From: Pecten maximus
Lineage: Eukaryota
DNA length: 64,000 bases
Assembly: GCF_902652985.1 (NCBI RefSeq)
Contig: NC_047027.1
Location: 8,990,001-9,054,000, forward strand
Reading direction: 5' to 3'
Shown piece after piece: positions 52,303 to 64,000 of this stretch. The notes beneath the pieces are model-generated. The model searched no databases and was not told the DNA's origin. It worked only from the letters and a program-made list of their open reading frames with translations. Numbering within the stretch: the first letter of the stretch is position 1; every line of letters starts with the position of its first letter. The position numbers and the translations under genes are program-made.

Positions 52303-53073
52303 CTGTCTGTCACGCAATAGTTGTCCGGACAACTCCTTCTAAAGTACTACTCCGATTTAATAAAACTTGGTATACATGATCAGTATAACATGTAGTTGTG
52401 CATCCCACATTTTTTTTTTCTCCAAAAACCAATTTTCAAAATGGCTGCCGGCTTCTCATTGGTTGAGGCTTGTCCGGACTACTCCTCCTAAAGTTCAACT
52501 CCGATTTTAACGAAACTTGGTATACATGATCAGTATAACATGTAGTTGTGCATCCCACATTTTTTTTTTCTCCAAAAACCAATTTTCAAAATGGCTGCCG
52601 GCTTCTCATTGGTTGAGGCTTGTCCGGACTACTCCTCCTAAAGTTCAACTCCGATTTTAACGAAATTTGGTATTCATGATCAGTATAACATGTAGTTGTG
52701 CATCCTACATTTTTTTTTCCGAAAAACCAATTTTCAAAATGGCTGCCAACTTCTCATTGGTTGAGATTTGTCCGGACAACTCCTCCTAAAGTACTACTCC
52801 GATTTTAACGAAACTTGGTATACATTATCAGTATCACATGTAGTTGTGCATCCCAATTTTTCTTTTCGAAAAAAAAACATTTTTCAAAATGGCCGCCGGT
52901 TTCTCATTGGTTGAGGCGTGTCTGGACAATCCTAAAGTACTACTCTGATTTTAACGAAACTTTGTATACGTGATCAGTATAACACGTAGTTTAAAAAATG
53001 GGAAATAAATAGTTGCACTCCTGGGTCAGGCAGGGGACTTTGTATTGCTGTTGCAATACTATCCATCCTTGTT
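52205..53073 (+). mobile_element. Non-autonomous Helentron-associated element (HINE/DINE-1/pearl-like)
   Basis: 11-bp subterminal inverted repeats AGTCCCCTGCC (52207) and GGCAGGGGACT (53029); 5' hairpin; (GTCT/GTCC)n microsatellite 52250-52310; about 4.5 tandem 150-bp cores; 3' stem-loop GTATTGC-TGTT-GCAATAC. Confidence 0.85.
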
Positions 53074-53775
53074 CAACATCTTTGACAGCAACATGCAACT
53101 ATCCCCTATGACAGGCCTGAATTAAAATTTATTGATGTTGACATGTTTGTGTTTCTTGAAATATAGGTTCTCCGTGGTAACATCAGTGTATTTCTCCATT
53201 CTATGGTACATTGTATATATATATATTTACATGGTATAATGTATCCTTTCCCACCTTGAATTAATGTGACAATAATGACATGTACTAATTGTTTTTGTTT
53301 TTTTGGCATTGATAGGTAAAATATTATACAGTGTTTTTTTAATTTGGATTCATAAATATTTTTCTTTTTTAAACTTTTATTTCAGGTTGGGAAAATTAAA
53401 AGAAAACATGTTTATAATATTGCTTTTTGTTTTCAGATTGTCTTTGGTTATAAAATGTTTTTTGTTTTTTCATCTTTTACATGATTTCTCGCTAAAATCA
53501 TATTTAGTTTCATCCATGCTAAAAGTACTGATCTTTTTCAGATTAAGATTAATTAAACTGTTAAATTAAATAGTACAATTAAGCTCTATAATGTTTATGT
53601 ATAATTTTACTATAAAATCTAATATGTCAATTTCTTTCAGACTCAATTTATTTGATATAGGTACTTATATATAATTATCTCTATGACAATTTGTTTTATT
53701 CACAGCATGTCTGTGTTATATATACCATTAACGTTTTAGATAATGAATAAATTTAAATACAATATGTCTGTACAG

Positions 53776-54412
53776 GAATCGGCCCCTGCTCCAACAGAGG
53801 GAACAGAAGAAAAGAAAGAGGAGCCCGTAGGCGATGTTGATATTGATCTGAATGATCCAGAGACGGCACAAGCTGCCCTGAAAATCCAGGCTGGATTCCG
53901 GGGTTACAAAACTAGAAAAGAAGTAAAGGAAAGCCTTGAAACAGAGGAAGGTAAGACTTCAGAAGAGGCACCTCAGACAGAAGGAGAGAAGCCTTCAGAA
54001 CAAACAGAGGAAGCTAAACAGGAGGAAACAAAACCAGAGGAAGTGAAACAAGAGGAAAGCACCACAGAGACACAACAGGAAACAGTGGACATCGACCTTA
54101 ATGATCCCGAGGTGGCCAAAGCAGCGACTAAAATCCAAGCTGGGTTTAAAGGGTACAAGGTCAGAAAAGACATGAAGAAGGAAGGAGAAGAAACAACGAC
54201 GGAGGAGGCTCCACAAGAACAGGAAACAGCGCCCAAGGAAGACGCACCAACAGAACAAGCACCTGCGCCAACAGAAGATGCGCCTGCACCTACAGAACAA
54301 GCACCAGCGCCTACAGAACAAGCACCAGCGCCTACAGAACAAACACCTGCGCCTACAGAAGAAGCACCTGCGCCTACAGAACAAGCACCAACAGAAGAGG
54401 CACCTAAAGAAG
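53776..54412 (+). CDS. SPA17: Large exon with two acidic-IQ modules and APAPTEQ heptad repeats (GAP-43-like composition)
   Basis: Within ORF 53743..54432; acceptor ctgtacag, donor AAG|GTGAGA in phase 1. Confidence 0.92.
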
Positions 54413-54914
54413 GTGAGAATCTGTCAGTGTAGGATGTTATCTCAGTGTTACTGCCTGGTTTGTCAGGTTTTATTTCTGTAATCAGCATAAACGTTATATA
54501 GCACAATTCTTCAAGTGTAATTAACGGTTAGCATAAATATATTTTTATGTTGTTGAGATATTACACAAAATGATGGAGTGTACACTCATCATAAACTGCT
54601 TTGCTTTTGCTTTGCAAAATTAAATTAAGAGTTATGAAGTAAGATAAACACATGAAATATTGATAATTACACCAACACATTGGGTCTTCAGTCTTGTTTT
54701 TGTGTTATTGATAGTTTTAAGTGTAGTTGTGAGGGGTAAAGTAACACACACCTGGAAGTTGAAGCAACCTCACTTAAAATGATATCATTCATCTATGATA
54801 CACACATACATGTATTTTTCATACTCTACATATATAAAAATTGTTAAGGTGTTAGTCAGCAGTAGCAGAACTATTTACATCAGTAAATTTACAATACAGT
54901 ATATATTACAATAT

Positions 54915-55148
54915 GGGGCCGCGGTGGCCGAGCAGTTATAAGGTGTCCTGACACTTTATCACTAGACCTCCACCTCTGGGTTGTGAGTTTGAAACCCACG
55001 TGGGGCAGTTGCCTGGTACTGACAGTAGTCCGATGTTTTTTTCACTGGGTATACTCCGGCTTTCCACCATCTCAAAAACCTGGCATGTCCTTAAAAGACA
55101 TTGGCTGTTAATAGGATGTTAAACAAAATAAACCAAACCAAACCAATA
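54915..55148 (+). mobile_element. tRNA-derived SINE with target-site duplication
   Basis: A box GGTGGCCGAG, B-box-like GAGTTTGAAAC, central TACTCCGGCTTTCC, (AAACC)n tail. Flanking 26-bp direct repeat ttacaatacagtatata(t/c)tacaatat at 54889-54914 and 55149-55174. Confidence 0.85.
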
Positions 55149-55243
55149 TTACAATACAGTATATACTACAATATATTATCATACAATATATTACAAATCG
55201 TTTGAATTTCTCCTTTATTTTCTTTGTTCTCTCTTGCTTGCAG

Positions 55244-55248
55244 ATTAG
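55244..55248 (+). CDS. SPA17: Coding part of terminal exon (completes Asp, then TAG)
   Basis: Very strong polypyrimidine acceptor ttctttgttctctcttgcttgcag; G+AT TAG fits the phase-1 donor. Confidence 0.75.
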
Positions 55249-58140
55249 ATCTTGTGAATTAAATTGAAGATTCCAGTACAAGTTCTCCAAAACAACTTAA
55301 TGAATGTTGAATTGATTTATATCAAGTTTCTCTTTAAGAAATGCCAGTGATAGATGTGTGTTTGTAAGAGTGTGGGTGATATGTGAGACCTGATGTAATC
55401 TCCAGTCCTTGTCCAGTTTATCATACTAACCTTAAATGTTAGATATCTGAGAATTTTATAGAAATCAATATTGGTGATGTATCCAAGGTGTTAGTTACGG
55501 TGGAATTTCATTAATCTGGACATATTGATATTTAATTAGTTATTGGTCAAACCCAACACCACCAGAAGAGGGAAAATTGAAATTAATGGAACAGAAATCA
55601 CTACCTCTGAATGAGATATCTCATTCTATATATAATGGATTGATGTTAAAGTTTAGATGTGATTTATTAACAGTAGTTTGCAACAACTATTAAACAGGCT
55701 ACTGAATTCTATCTCTCAACTTATAAATGAAGTGATCGTTATTGTTAGGGATGTAAATGTGGGAGGGGTCCTGCTGTGGGAAGATACTAGATCGAGTATG
55801 GGGAGAAAACTCACATGGTCAGGCAACAAAGGCCCCATAACAACCAAAAATGGGTCACCTTGGTATAACATGGGTGTGCTATCTGGAACACCACCCATCA
55901 GTTACCCCTTATCCTTGGTAGATTATTTCAGCAGGTCAAATAACCAGCTTCAATAAAAAGAAATTACAGCTTCAATAAAAAGAGGTCCAGATTAATGACT
56001 TTTACATTGATTTATACCTGTTGTAAGGCCAGTGCCCTTGTCACTGGACAAAAAACTGTGATTGGTGCACATGACTGAATGGTGAATCTCACGTCTCTTT
56101 AAGCTGAAATAGTTCAGTTGTGATAAATGGTCAGGTGTATAGTTATGTGTTAATTGAGAATCTTTGTTATATTATAGCATGACTGTAAACAGTGTTATCA
56201 GGGTTAAAACACCAACGAAATCACATTGAAATGATTCTGTAGAACTATATCTATATATGCTGCACCTAATGTAGTGTGTGTATGTTATATTAACACTTGT
56301 GTAGCTTCTGATATTATCAAACATAACAGGGGAGGTAACTTCATATACAAACATATACAAAAGAGTTGTCTTTCTCCTTTATCTGAGGAATTTAGTTGTA
56401 AATATCATTATCTAGGAAGACTGGATTTATTGTATTTGACAAAAACAGCAAAGAATGCCGACATAATAAGGAAATCATAATTCATAATCAAAATCTTTTC
56501 AAATGAGTGAGGTCAAAATATAAACAAAAATATAGAGTTTCCGTGGAGACTCCTGAAAATCAAAATAATAATTATGATTGATGCTAAAAATTTCAGCCTT
56601 TTTATCTTTTTTTATAATATGTTATATTTGATAATCTCAGAAATTAACATATCTCTATCAATATAAGCTGCTTTCTACTTGTAAAAGTTTTTAATTAATT
56701 GAATTGTAACCTTCATGAGAGCTTGTCCATCACTGTATTAACACCTGTGATAACTGCCTTTAGTCTTGCACTCTGACTGTCTCGACTGACATTTAGTATA
56801 AATCTTTCATTTCCTGTTTGATCCTTTACCTCAGTAGCAGTCGTACGATGATTCTGTTTATTTGAATTTCATTTATAATAGAGAGGATTTTTCTAGAAGG
56901 TAGATTTCTTCTATTTTAATTATTAAAACAATCATTTTTATGTGCATGTTCCTGGTATATTTACATGATGTTTGTAATATTGGTATCATTTTATTATTTA
57001 CTAAATGTTACAAATTTGTCAATATCACACAAGTAAAGTGAAAGTAAATGGATTGTAATTCTGAGTGTGTAATATATCACAAGTGTGTTTAGACTGAATT
57101 CCTTTCTTTCTCCTGCAATGCATTCTCCTATATAGTTCGATTTACAAATTACTTAATAAAACAATATTTAGGATTCTTGCCAGAATTTATCTATCATTTT
57201 ATAATCAAAATGGGCTTAAATCCCTATTTCATAAGTTAGTGACAACGATTGCAGTGAGCTTTCTGTCATCAAGTTATTTTTTTGTTAAAACTTTTTTTTC
57301 ATAAGTTAAAATTAAAACTTGAGAGAAGATGTCATTGTGTTAAAGTGGATTTTTCACACTGCATGGGATCTTTAATTACTGTCAGCAAATTGGGGGGGGG
57401 GGGGGGGGGGGGGGGGGTGCAGTTTTAAGGTGAAATTTATGACAGATTTTGTTCAGATTGGTCTGATTTGTGGAACCTTTCGTGATTATTTAGTAATAGT
57501 GTTTATGTTGTATACAATGGTCTTTCCCTAGTGTTATGATCTTTTTTGGTACATTGTTTTGATACACGAGGAATAAAATGTGATATTTCTTGTCTTAGTA
57601 GCCCATTCCATTGCTCTTTCTAATTTCAAAATATTTCAAATTAAGAGATATTTTTTGTTCAAATAACTGATAAACAAAAATTCAAAATGTGCTTAACTAA
57701 GGAATTATATGTTCAATTGTCAACTATAATAGTTTTTTTCTGACTTTTTAGATGTTTATATCTGTTTAAATTAGATTTTAATGCTAAATTGATTAGAGCC
57801 AGATTTGATTGAATGTAACTTTTCACAGATTCTATAGCGAATTCATTCATTTCTGCACTATGTTTTGCCTTGTGAAGGGCCACTGGTTGGCTTAAAACTA
57901 ATTATAAAAATCCTTATGCAATTTTAGTGAATTAAACTCTATGTAAATATACCTACCAACGTAACATCCTGATCCTTGTTTTATGTTGTACAGTTGTTTA
58001 AATTTTATATAAACATATCTCAGTATACAAAACGTTCCATTATTTATTAGATTATTTATTTGTATGCATTACTTGCAATTGAAAATGACTTTCAGTCTTT
58101 TCCATTTACTTAATAAAATGAAATTCAAACTAAACACGTT
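55249..58140 (+). other. Probable long AT-rich 3' UTR; 3' end uncertain
   Basis: Follows the stop codon; AATAAA candidates at about 55952, 57155, 57572 and 58112. Confidence 0.45.
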
Positions 58141-58516
58141 TTTTCTTATCTATAATTCTTTTGCTCTTGTAGAGTATACTGCACTTCAAGTCACACATAT
58201 ACCTCGCAAAATTTATCTGTCATTTCTATATTGAATTTATTGCAACAAATATTATTCAAAAGTTAACACTTGTAACTCATAATATCATAATACATTTCCC
58301 CATAAATTAGTTTTATATCTTGATAATTTTTTTCCTGAATAATAGTTTCATATCATAAATTGTACAGGATATTATTAAAAAAGATTAAAAATGATATTGA
58401 TAAATGAATTCCGAGATATATGTGTGTGACTTGCTGAAGTCTATCAAGCTTCTCTAACATAATGACCTGTGGAGGTAGACATCAACCCAAATGTATTTAT
58501 GGATTAAGCTGAAATA

Positions 58517-58660
58517 TACCATACATATCCTCAAATAAGCTCTCCGGTGTTACAGTTTTAGTATGTAAGTTTTGGGAGGATTTATTTATTTTGCTCACTA
58601 CTTTAAAATTGATGATTCTGCAAAAATGAAGAAAGGGGCTTATTTGAGGATAAATAAAAC
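58517..58660. mobile_element. Related degenerate MITE
   Basis: TACCATA start and a perfect 15-bp inverted repeat TATCCTCAAATAAGC / GCTTATTTGAGGATA. Confidence 0.55.
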
Positions 58661-58881
58661 AGTTGTATTATTCAGCTTGAAATTCTATAACTGCCAATTG
58701 TGAATTTTGCTTAATTTGTGGCTTGTAAATTCCTGTGTTTCAAGACATTCACACCATGATGATTTATCACAAAATACTCAAAATTTATTGTCTATACATA
58801 ATATACTAGACGTATCTAGCTGAGAATTCCATTTGATTCACTTAAGTAAGATTGTTGCTAGATTCAAATGTTGAAAGGCAG

Positions 58882-59016
58882 AGTCAAATTCAAGGTCAAA
58901 CTTAAGGTCAAACTCAAGGTCAAACTCAAGGTCAAACTCAAGATCAAACTAAAAGTTGAACTTAAGGTCAAAGTCAAACTCAAGGTCAAACAAAAGGTCA
59001 AACTCAAATTCAAACT
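58882..59016. repeat. 12-bp repeat (TCAAGGTCAAAC)
   Basis: Tandem periodicity. Confidence 0.88.
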
Positions 59017-59909
59017 ACATAAAATAGTAACACTTACATCGTATTTCTCCTACACTATTACCAATACAACAGAGATGACAAGACAATCTAATTCTTACTA
59101 GAGTAGAGAAAACAAGGGTAAACTTCCAGAGTAGGACCTCTTTGTCTAGATCCTTGTTGAGTACTTTCTGGTGTACACGTTTAGTCTTACTGTCCATTTC
59201 TGTCCCGTGAAACCATACATACCTATGTAAAAAAACGATTGTTAAACATATAGAATTCATCTAAATTGGTACATGACCATATTGGATAATCAAAAATAAA
59301 CAAGATATGGCACACGTTTGAATATGCTGAGTGCGGAGTCACTATTCAAATCATTACGACGCCGCATTCAAGGCTGCTGCATATTACGAAATTGAGATTC
59401 TACTCTATTTTTGTCAAGTTACAGAAATACCAGACATTAAAGATCATATACACATTCTCAGAAACATAGTTTGAATGATCATCATTTTTTAAATGATTGT
59501 ACAAACGACAGAAGATATAAACACCTTATACACACCGAGAGTTTAACATGGATTAAACTGTATCACATAGCTGTGTCGTCCCTCTAGGTGTTCAGTCATG
59601 TGAAGGATGTATAACGTGTTGATACAAAGGAGGTGACTGAGGTTACTAAAATGGATCAAAAGAAATGTCAGAATCTTGGCAGGGAGATACAATACCCCCA
59701 TAGTTCAATAAATCCAAGAATTAATTGTTAATTTCAGAAGAAAGTTAATTTCATGTGTACAAAAATTAAGATATATGCCTATGCTACATAACCTAACAAA
59801 ACACATTGTTATCACCTAGGATTATTTTGATCAGTTATTGTCATTACAAAACATTCTAGAGCAAATCATATTACGTTTCTATGGAACAAAAATAACGCTA
59901 TACATGATG

Positions 59910-60361
59910 TATATCAATGTCGAACCTTCAGAACGTCACTCACAAATAATATCGAGATATATCCATGTCCAACCTTCAGAACGTCACTCACAAATAACGC
60001 GATATATCCATGTCAAACCTTCAGAACGTCACTCACAAATAACGCGATATATCCATGTCAAACCTTCAGAACGTCACTCACAAATAATATCGAGATATAT
60101 CCATATCCAACCTTCAGAACGTCACTCACAAATAACGCGATATATCCTTGTCAAACCTTCAGAACGTCACTCACAAATAATATCGAGATATATCCATGTC
60201 CAACCTTCAGAACGTCACTCATAAATATCGCGATATATCCATGTCGAACCTTCATAACGTCACTCACAAATAACGCGATATATCCATGTCGAACCTTCAG
60301 AACGTCACTCATAAATATCGCGATATATCCATGTCGAACCTTCATAACGTCACTCACAAAT
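59910..60361. repeat. 45/48-bp minisatellite (AACCTTCAGAACGTCACTCACAAATAACGCGATATATCCATGTC), about 10 copies
   Basis: Tandem periodicity. Confidence 0.94.
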
Positions 60362-60947
60362 ACCTAAACCTTATATATGTTTTTAAACACAGTAGTATCA
60401 ACATGTAAAACAAACTGTAAATCTAAATCTCAATCAGCAATGCGTCGGTAAAATACATCAGAATATAGATTTACCCACACACTGTTACTGTCTAGAAATA
60501 TTAAATGTTTTTATCCCGCTGTTTTGTGTTATGTGTACATTGAACCATTTACACATTTATATGGTCAGTCTAGAGACGGCAGCGCAGAACATGGGGTTCC
60601 GAATTGTATCAGAATATTCCCTCGTATTGGTACCTTCAAAATGAATATATGTTCATTAGAAGTGCGATGACCTTATCTCCCTTTTTGGAAAATAAGCTTT
60701 AAAGTGAATCACAAGTCCAATTATAGATGACCCGGTCACATTATACTTACAGCAGGCAAGGTAACACCAACTTTTAAACGGAGAACAACAAGGACCGATT
60801 GTAAAGCATATTGGTCTCTTTTCAGTATTGTACATTGTCCGTTTTGTGGGCGAGCTTAAGGCGAATAATTGGGCATTGTCGACACAAGCTTCAGGAAAAA
60901 ATGAACAAAATCATTTTCTGTAAATCTAATTGCCTGTCTCGAAAAAG

Positions 60948-61700
60948 CCGTTGTCTCCTTCGAACCAGACGTTGTCTCTTTCGAGTCAGACATTGTCTCC
61001 TTCGAACCAGACGTTGTCTCTTTCGAGTCAGACATTGTCTCCTTCGAACCAGACGTTGTCTCTTTCGAGTCAGACGTTGTCCCTTTCGAGTCAGACGTCT
61101 CTTTCGAATCAGACGTTGTCCCTTTCGAGTCAGACGTTGTCTTTTTCGAGTCAGACGTTGTCTCTTTCGACGTTGTCTCTTTCGAGTCAGACGTTGTCCC
61201 TTTCGAGTCAGTCATTGTCTCTTTCGAGTCAGACGTTGTCTCTTTTGAGTCAGACGTCTCTTTCGAGTCAGACGTTGTCTCTTTTGAGTCAGACGTTTTC
61301 CCTTTCGAGTCAGAAGTTGTCTCTTTTGAGTCAGACGTTGTCAGTTTTGAGTCAGACGTTTTCTCTTTCGAGTCAGACGTTTTCTCTTTCGAGTCAGACA
61401 TTGTCTCTTTCAACGTTGTCCCTTTTGAGTCAGACGTTTTCTCTTTCGAGTCAGACGTTGTCTCTTTCGTGTCAGACGTTGTCTCTTTCGAGTCAGACGT
61501 TGTCCCTTTCGAGTCAGACGTTGTCCCTTTCGAGTCAGACGTTGTCCCTTTCGAGTCAGACGTTGTCCCTTTCGAGTCAGACGTTGTCTCTTTCGAGTCA
61601 GACGTCTCTTTCGTGTCAGACGTTGTCCCTTTCGAGTCAGACGTTGTCTCTTTCGAGTCAGACGTTTTTTCTTTCGTGTCAGACATTATCTCTTTCGAAC
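60948..61700. repeat. 21-bp minisatellite (CTTTCGAGTCAGACGTTGTCT), about 36 copies, with open frames on both strands
   Basis: Tandem periodicity; indels are multiples of 3. Confidence 0.95.
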
Positions 61701-61706
61701 CGACCA

Positions 61707-61749
61707 ATGGGGACAGCAGGTACAATACCTGCAGGGACGTTGAAGTCTG
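61707..61749 (+). CDS. Possible upstream exon of the second gene (MGTAGTIPAGTLKS); start uncertain
   Basis: ATG in accaATGG context and phase-1 donor TG|GTAAAA, compatible with the 62407 exon. Confidence 0.3.
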
Positions 61750-61877
61750 GTAAAATTAATTACTTTTTAACTTTATGTTAATGGTCATCATTAAACCTCA
61801 CCAAACCTGTTGTCGCTCAGTCACAACATTTCCAACTAGTTAAAGTTATTGCTGCAATGATTAATTGAAAATAAATA

Positions 61878-62336
61878 ATACAGACCTTCAGATGATCATA
61901 CAGACCTGTAGGTAATGAAACAGAACTTCAGGTATTCATACAGAACTTCATGTAACGAAACAGATCTTCGGGTAATGATACAAAACTTCGGGTAATGATA
62001 CAGAAATTCAGGTAATGACACAGAACTTCGGATAATGACAAAGAACTTGAGGTATGGGAAGATTCAGAACTTCAGGTAATGATACAGACCTTCAGATGAT
62101 CATACAGAACTTCAGGTAACGATACAGAACTTCAGATGATCATACAGAACTTCAGGTAACGATACAGAACTTAAGGTAACGATACAGAGCTTCAGGTAAC
62201 GATACAGAACTTCAGGTAATGACACAGAACTTCAGGTAATGACACAGAACTTCAGGTTATGACACAGAACTTCAGGTAACGATAAAGAACTTCAGGTAAT
62301 GACAAATAACTTCAGGTAACGATACAGAACTTCGGC
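61878..62336. repeat. 20-bp minisatellite (ACAGAACTTCAGGTAACGAT)
   Basis: Tandem periodicity. Confidence 0.9.
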
Positions 62337-62406
62337 TAATTTTATTAAGCCGATTGCTGAGTTGTCAAGTAGATGGCAATTTAATTACGTCATGATTATT
62401 TTGTAG

Positions 62407-62508
62407 GAAAAGAGAAGAAGATAGTTGACCTTCCTTTGGAGGACAGCCAGAGAATCATGGAAGCTCTCTCAGCCTTTAAAACGTTTAAGAAACCAGAGAA
62501 ACTGCCAG
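62407..62508 (+). CDS. Exon of an unidentified second gene: KEKKIVDLPLEDSQRIMEALSAFKTFKKPEKLP
   Basis: Acceptor tattttgtag, donor CAG|GTAATA; open frame, phase 1-1. Confidence 0.6.
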
Positions 62509-63209
62509 GTAATATTTACTATTCCTCGGTAACTGTTGATGGTTACTATGAATGGTTTTATGTTTAGGTTCTTTATTTTGGACGTTTTACTGATACATAG
62601 AATATCGAGAATAAAAACATCGAAAGAATTTGAAATAACAAACAGAAATTTATCTCTATTAATTATTTTCCACAAACGAATTATACATTTATTTATTATC
62701 TTTTATCTACGTGTGTTTATTTAGTTAAGATATCTTTTCTTTTTGTGAAACCGTGAAAATTCAAAGCATTGGTAAAAGGAATTGGCATTTTCTATCAAAA
62801 TAGACTAAAGGCAATAATCAGCGTGCCACCATATCAATAGTATAATGCGCTTGTCGTGTTATGTAAAATACGTTGTGTTAAAGGTGTAATTCAAACAGCA
62901 GTAAATACCACGTTTCCATATAAAGCCTGTCACAATGTTCAGTACTTGATAATTGAGATTAAATTCATTTAAAATCTCCAAACATTAAGTCAAAGATTGG
63001 TATATAAATACGGAAGTGGTAATAACTAATAATATCATTGTGCATGCGTACGAAGGATATGCCTTACATAACAATTATAGTTGTTGTATGTTACGAATTA
63101 TTTTTTAGTAGGGCAAGAAACATTTCATTCTGTTATGATTTTCGAGTTAAAATACAAATTGATTTGATTAATTTCAATGCATTATTATATGTGCTGATTA
63201 CTATTTCAG

Positions 63210-63286
63210 ACCGACTCAAGTTGTCACGTAACCAGGTTAAAAAGATACTGAGATGGTACAAGACGTCCAAGGAAAAGATCGATGAG
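63210..63286 (+). CDS. Next exon of the unidentified gene: (D)RLKLSRNQVKKILRWYKTSKEKIDE
   Basis: Acceptor ctatttcag in phase 1 matches the previous exon; donor GAG|GTAGGC. Confidence 0.6.
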
Positions 63287-64000
63287 GTAGGCTGAACCGG
63301 TGTAGTCTCCGTAAATCTTTCCAAATCAGTATCAGTTTCTATATAATATATATGATAACGGGAACATGTCTCAGAGATTTAGAAGACAGTAACACGATTT
63401 TTACATTGAACAGGGGAACCACCAACTGGGGCACCTCTAACTAGGGATTCTCCAATTGGGGAACCCCCAACTTGGGAACTTTAAACGGAGAATCTCAAAC
63501 TGAGTATTCTCCAACTGGGGATTCCCGACTGTTCATACCTTTAAGCCTTCGTTATTCTAGTTATTTTTAGTGGGGCTGTTTGTTTTTGATTTACATGTAT
63601 AAATCTTAACACCTTACTCTTATTTCCCTGATAGAGGAATTACATTGTGTAAGTTAATTATTCATAAAAAAGCTTAAAGAAAAACAACTAGAAAACGATT
63701 TTGATTAGGGGCTGGCTAAATAAGTTTGGTGAAACCTACACAGAGGACGGGTACCCATCTTGAGTAGAATTCCTACTTCAGCTTGCGTGCATTTTATTGC
63801 GCATGTCATGTCGTCATGGATATGAGAACTTGTGCTTTTGCTAATGTTTCGAACGTTAATGATGTCAATGCCATAAGTACATTGGACACACTATTCCTTT
63901 TAGACATTTGAAATAGCGAAATTGAAGATCATCATCATTTTTTCATCGACAAAAACGGACTACTTTTAACCTACTTCCAATCTGGATTTCTACCCTCGGT

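Larger units (their letters stand above)
2949..55248 (+). other. SPA17: Multi-exon gene span: Sp17-family, multi-IQ calmodulin-binding protein (20 coding exons recognised, about 1206 aa if all internal cassettes are included)
   Basis: Manual exon chaining with AG/GT sites and consistent phases: 1, 0, 2, then 0 throughout, 1 before the stop exon; total 3621 nt, divisible by 3. Sp17 signature EDRFYNN-AF plus 18 IQ motifs. The RIIa D/D exon of canonical Sp17 was not found in the window. Confidence 0.85.

Noticed and set aside
53973-54506. Antisense ORFs over exons (also 14964, 25109, 26238, 42406, 45775, 46438)
   Set aside because: Shadows of the real + strand exons.
54915-55005. tRNA gene candidate (also 13154)
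   Set aside because: No proper cloverleaf; it continues into a SINE body, tail and target-site duplication.
57392-57417. Poly-G tract as a G-quadruplex element
   Set aside because: A simple homopolymer of unreliable length with no further support.
60948-61700. Minus strand CTGACTCGAAA resembling a hammerhead core
   Set aside because: Lacks CTGANGA and stem II.

Overview
AT-rich eukaryotic (animal) genomic DNA; the repeat content suggests a bivalve mollusc (inference). Most of the window (about 2.9-58 kb, + strand) is one multi-exon gene that the ORF track largely misses. It is a Sp17/SPA17-family gene, recognised from the exon encoding ETGHDPAVHGARMEDRFYNNDAF. It is expanded into a long acidic protein with 18 IQ calmodulin-binding motifs, most preceded by a PEP-19/neurogranin-like acidic DIDLxDP segment. 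Thirteen internal exons are symmetric phase-0 cassettes, mostly with weak GTT- donors. There is a candidate alternative first exon with an N-myristoylation motif and an alternative PEP-19-like terminal exon. Joining all in-frame exons gives about 1206 aa. The introns hold many minisatellites, tRNA-derived SINEs, MITEs, a Helentron-type non-autonomous element and a probable decayed Penelope RT fragment. The standout non-coding feature is an 18-copy, 48-bp sense-strand tandem array of minimal type I hammerhead ribozyme motifs at 49819-50709. Two or three exons of a second, unidentified gene lie near the right end.
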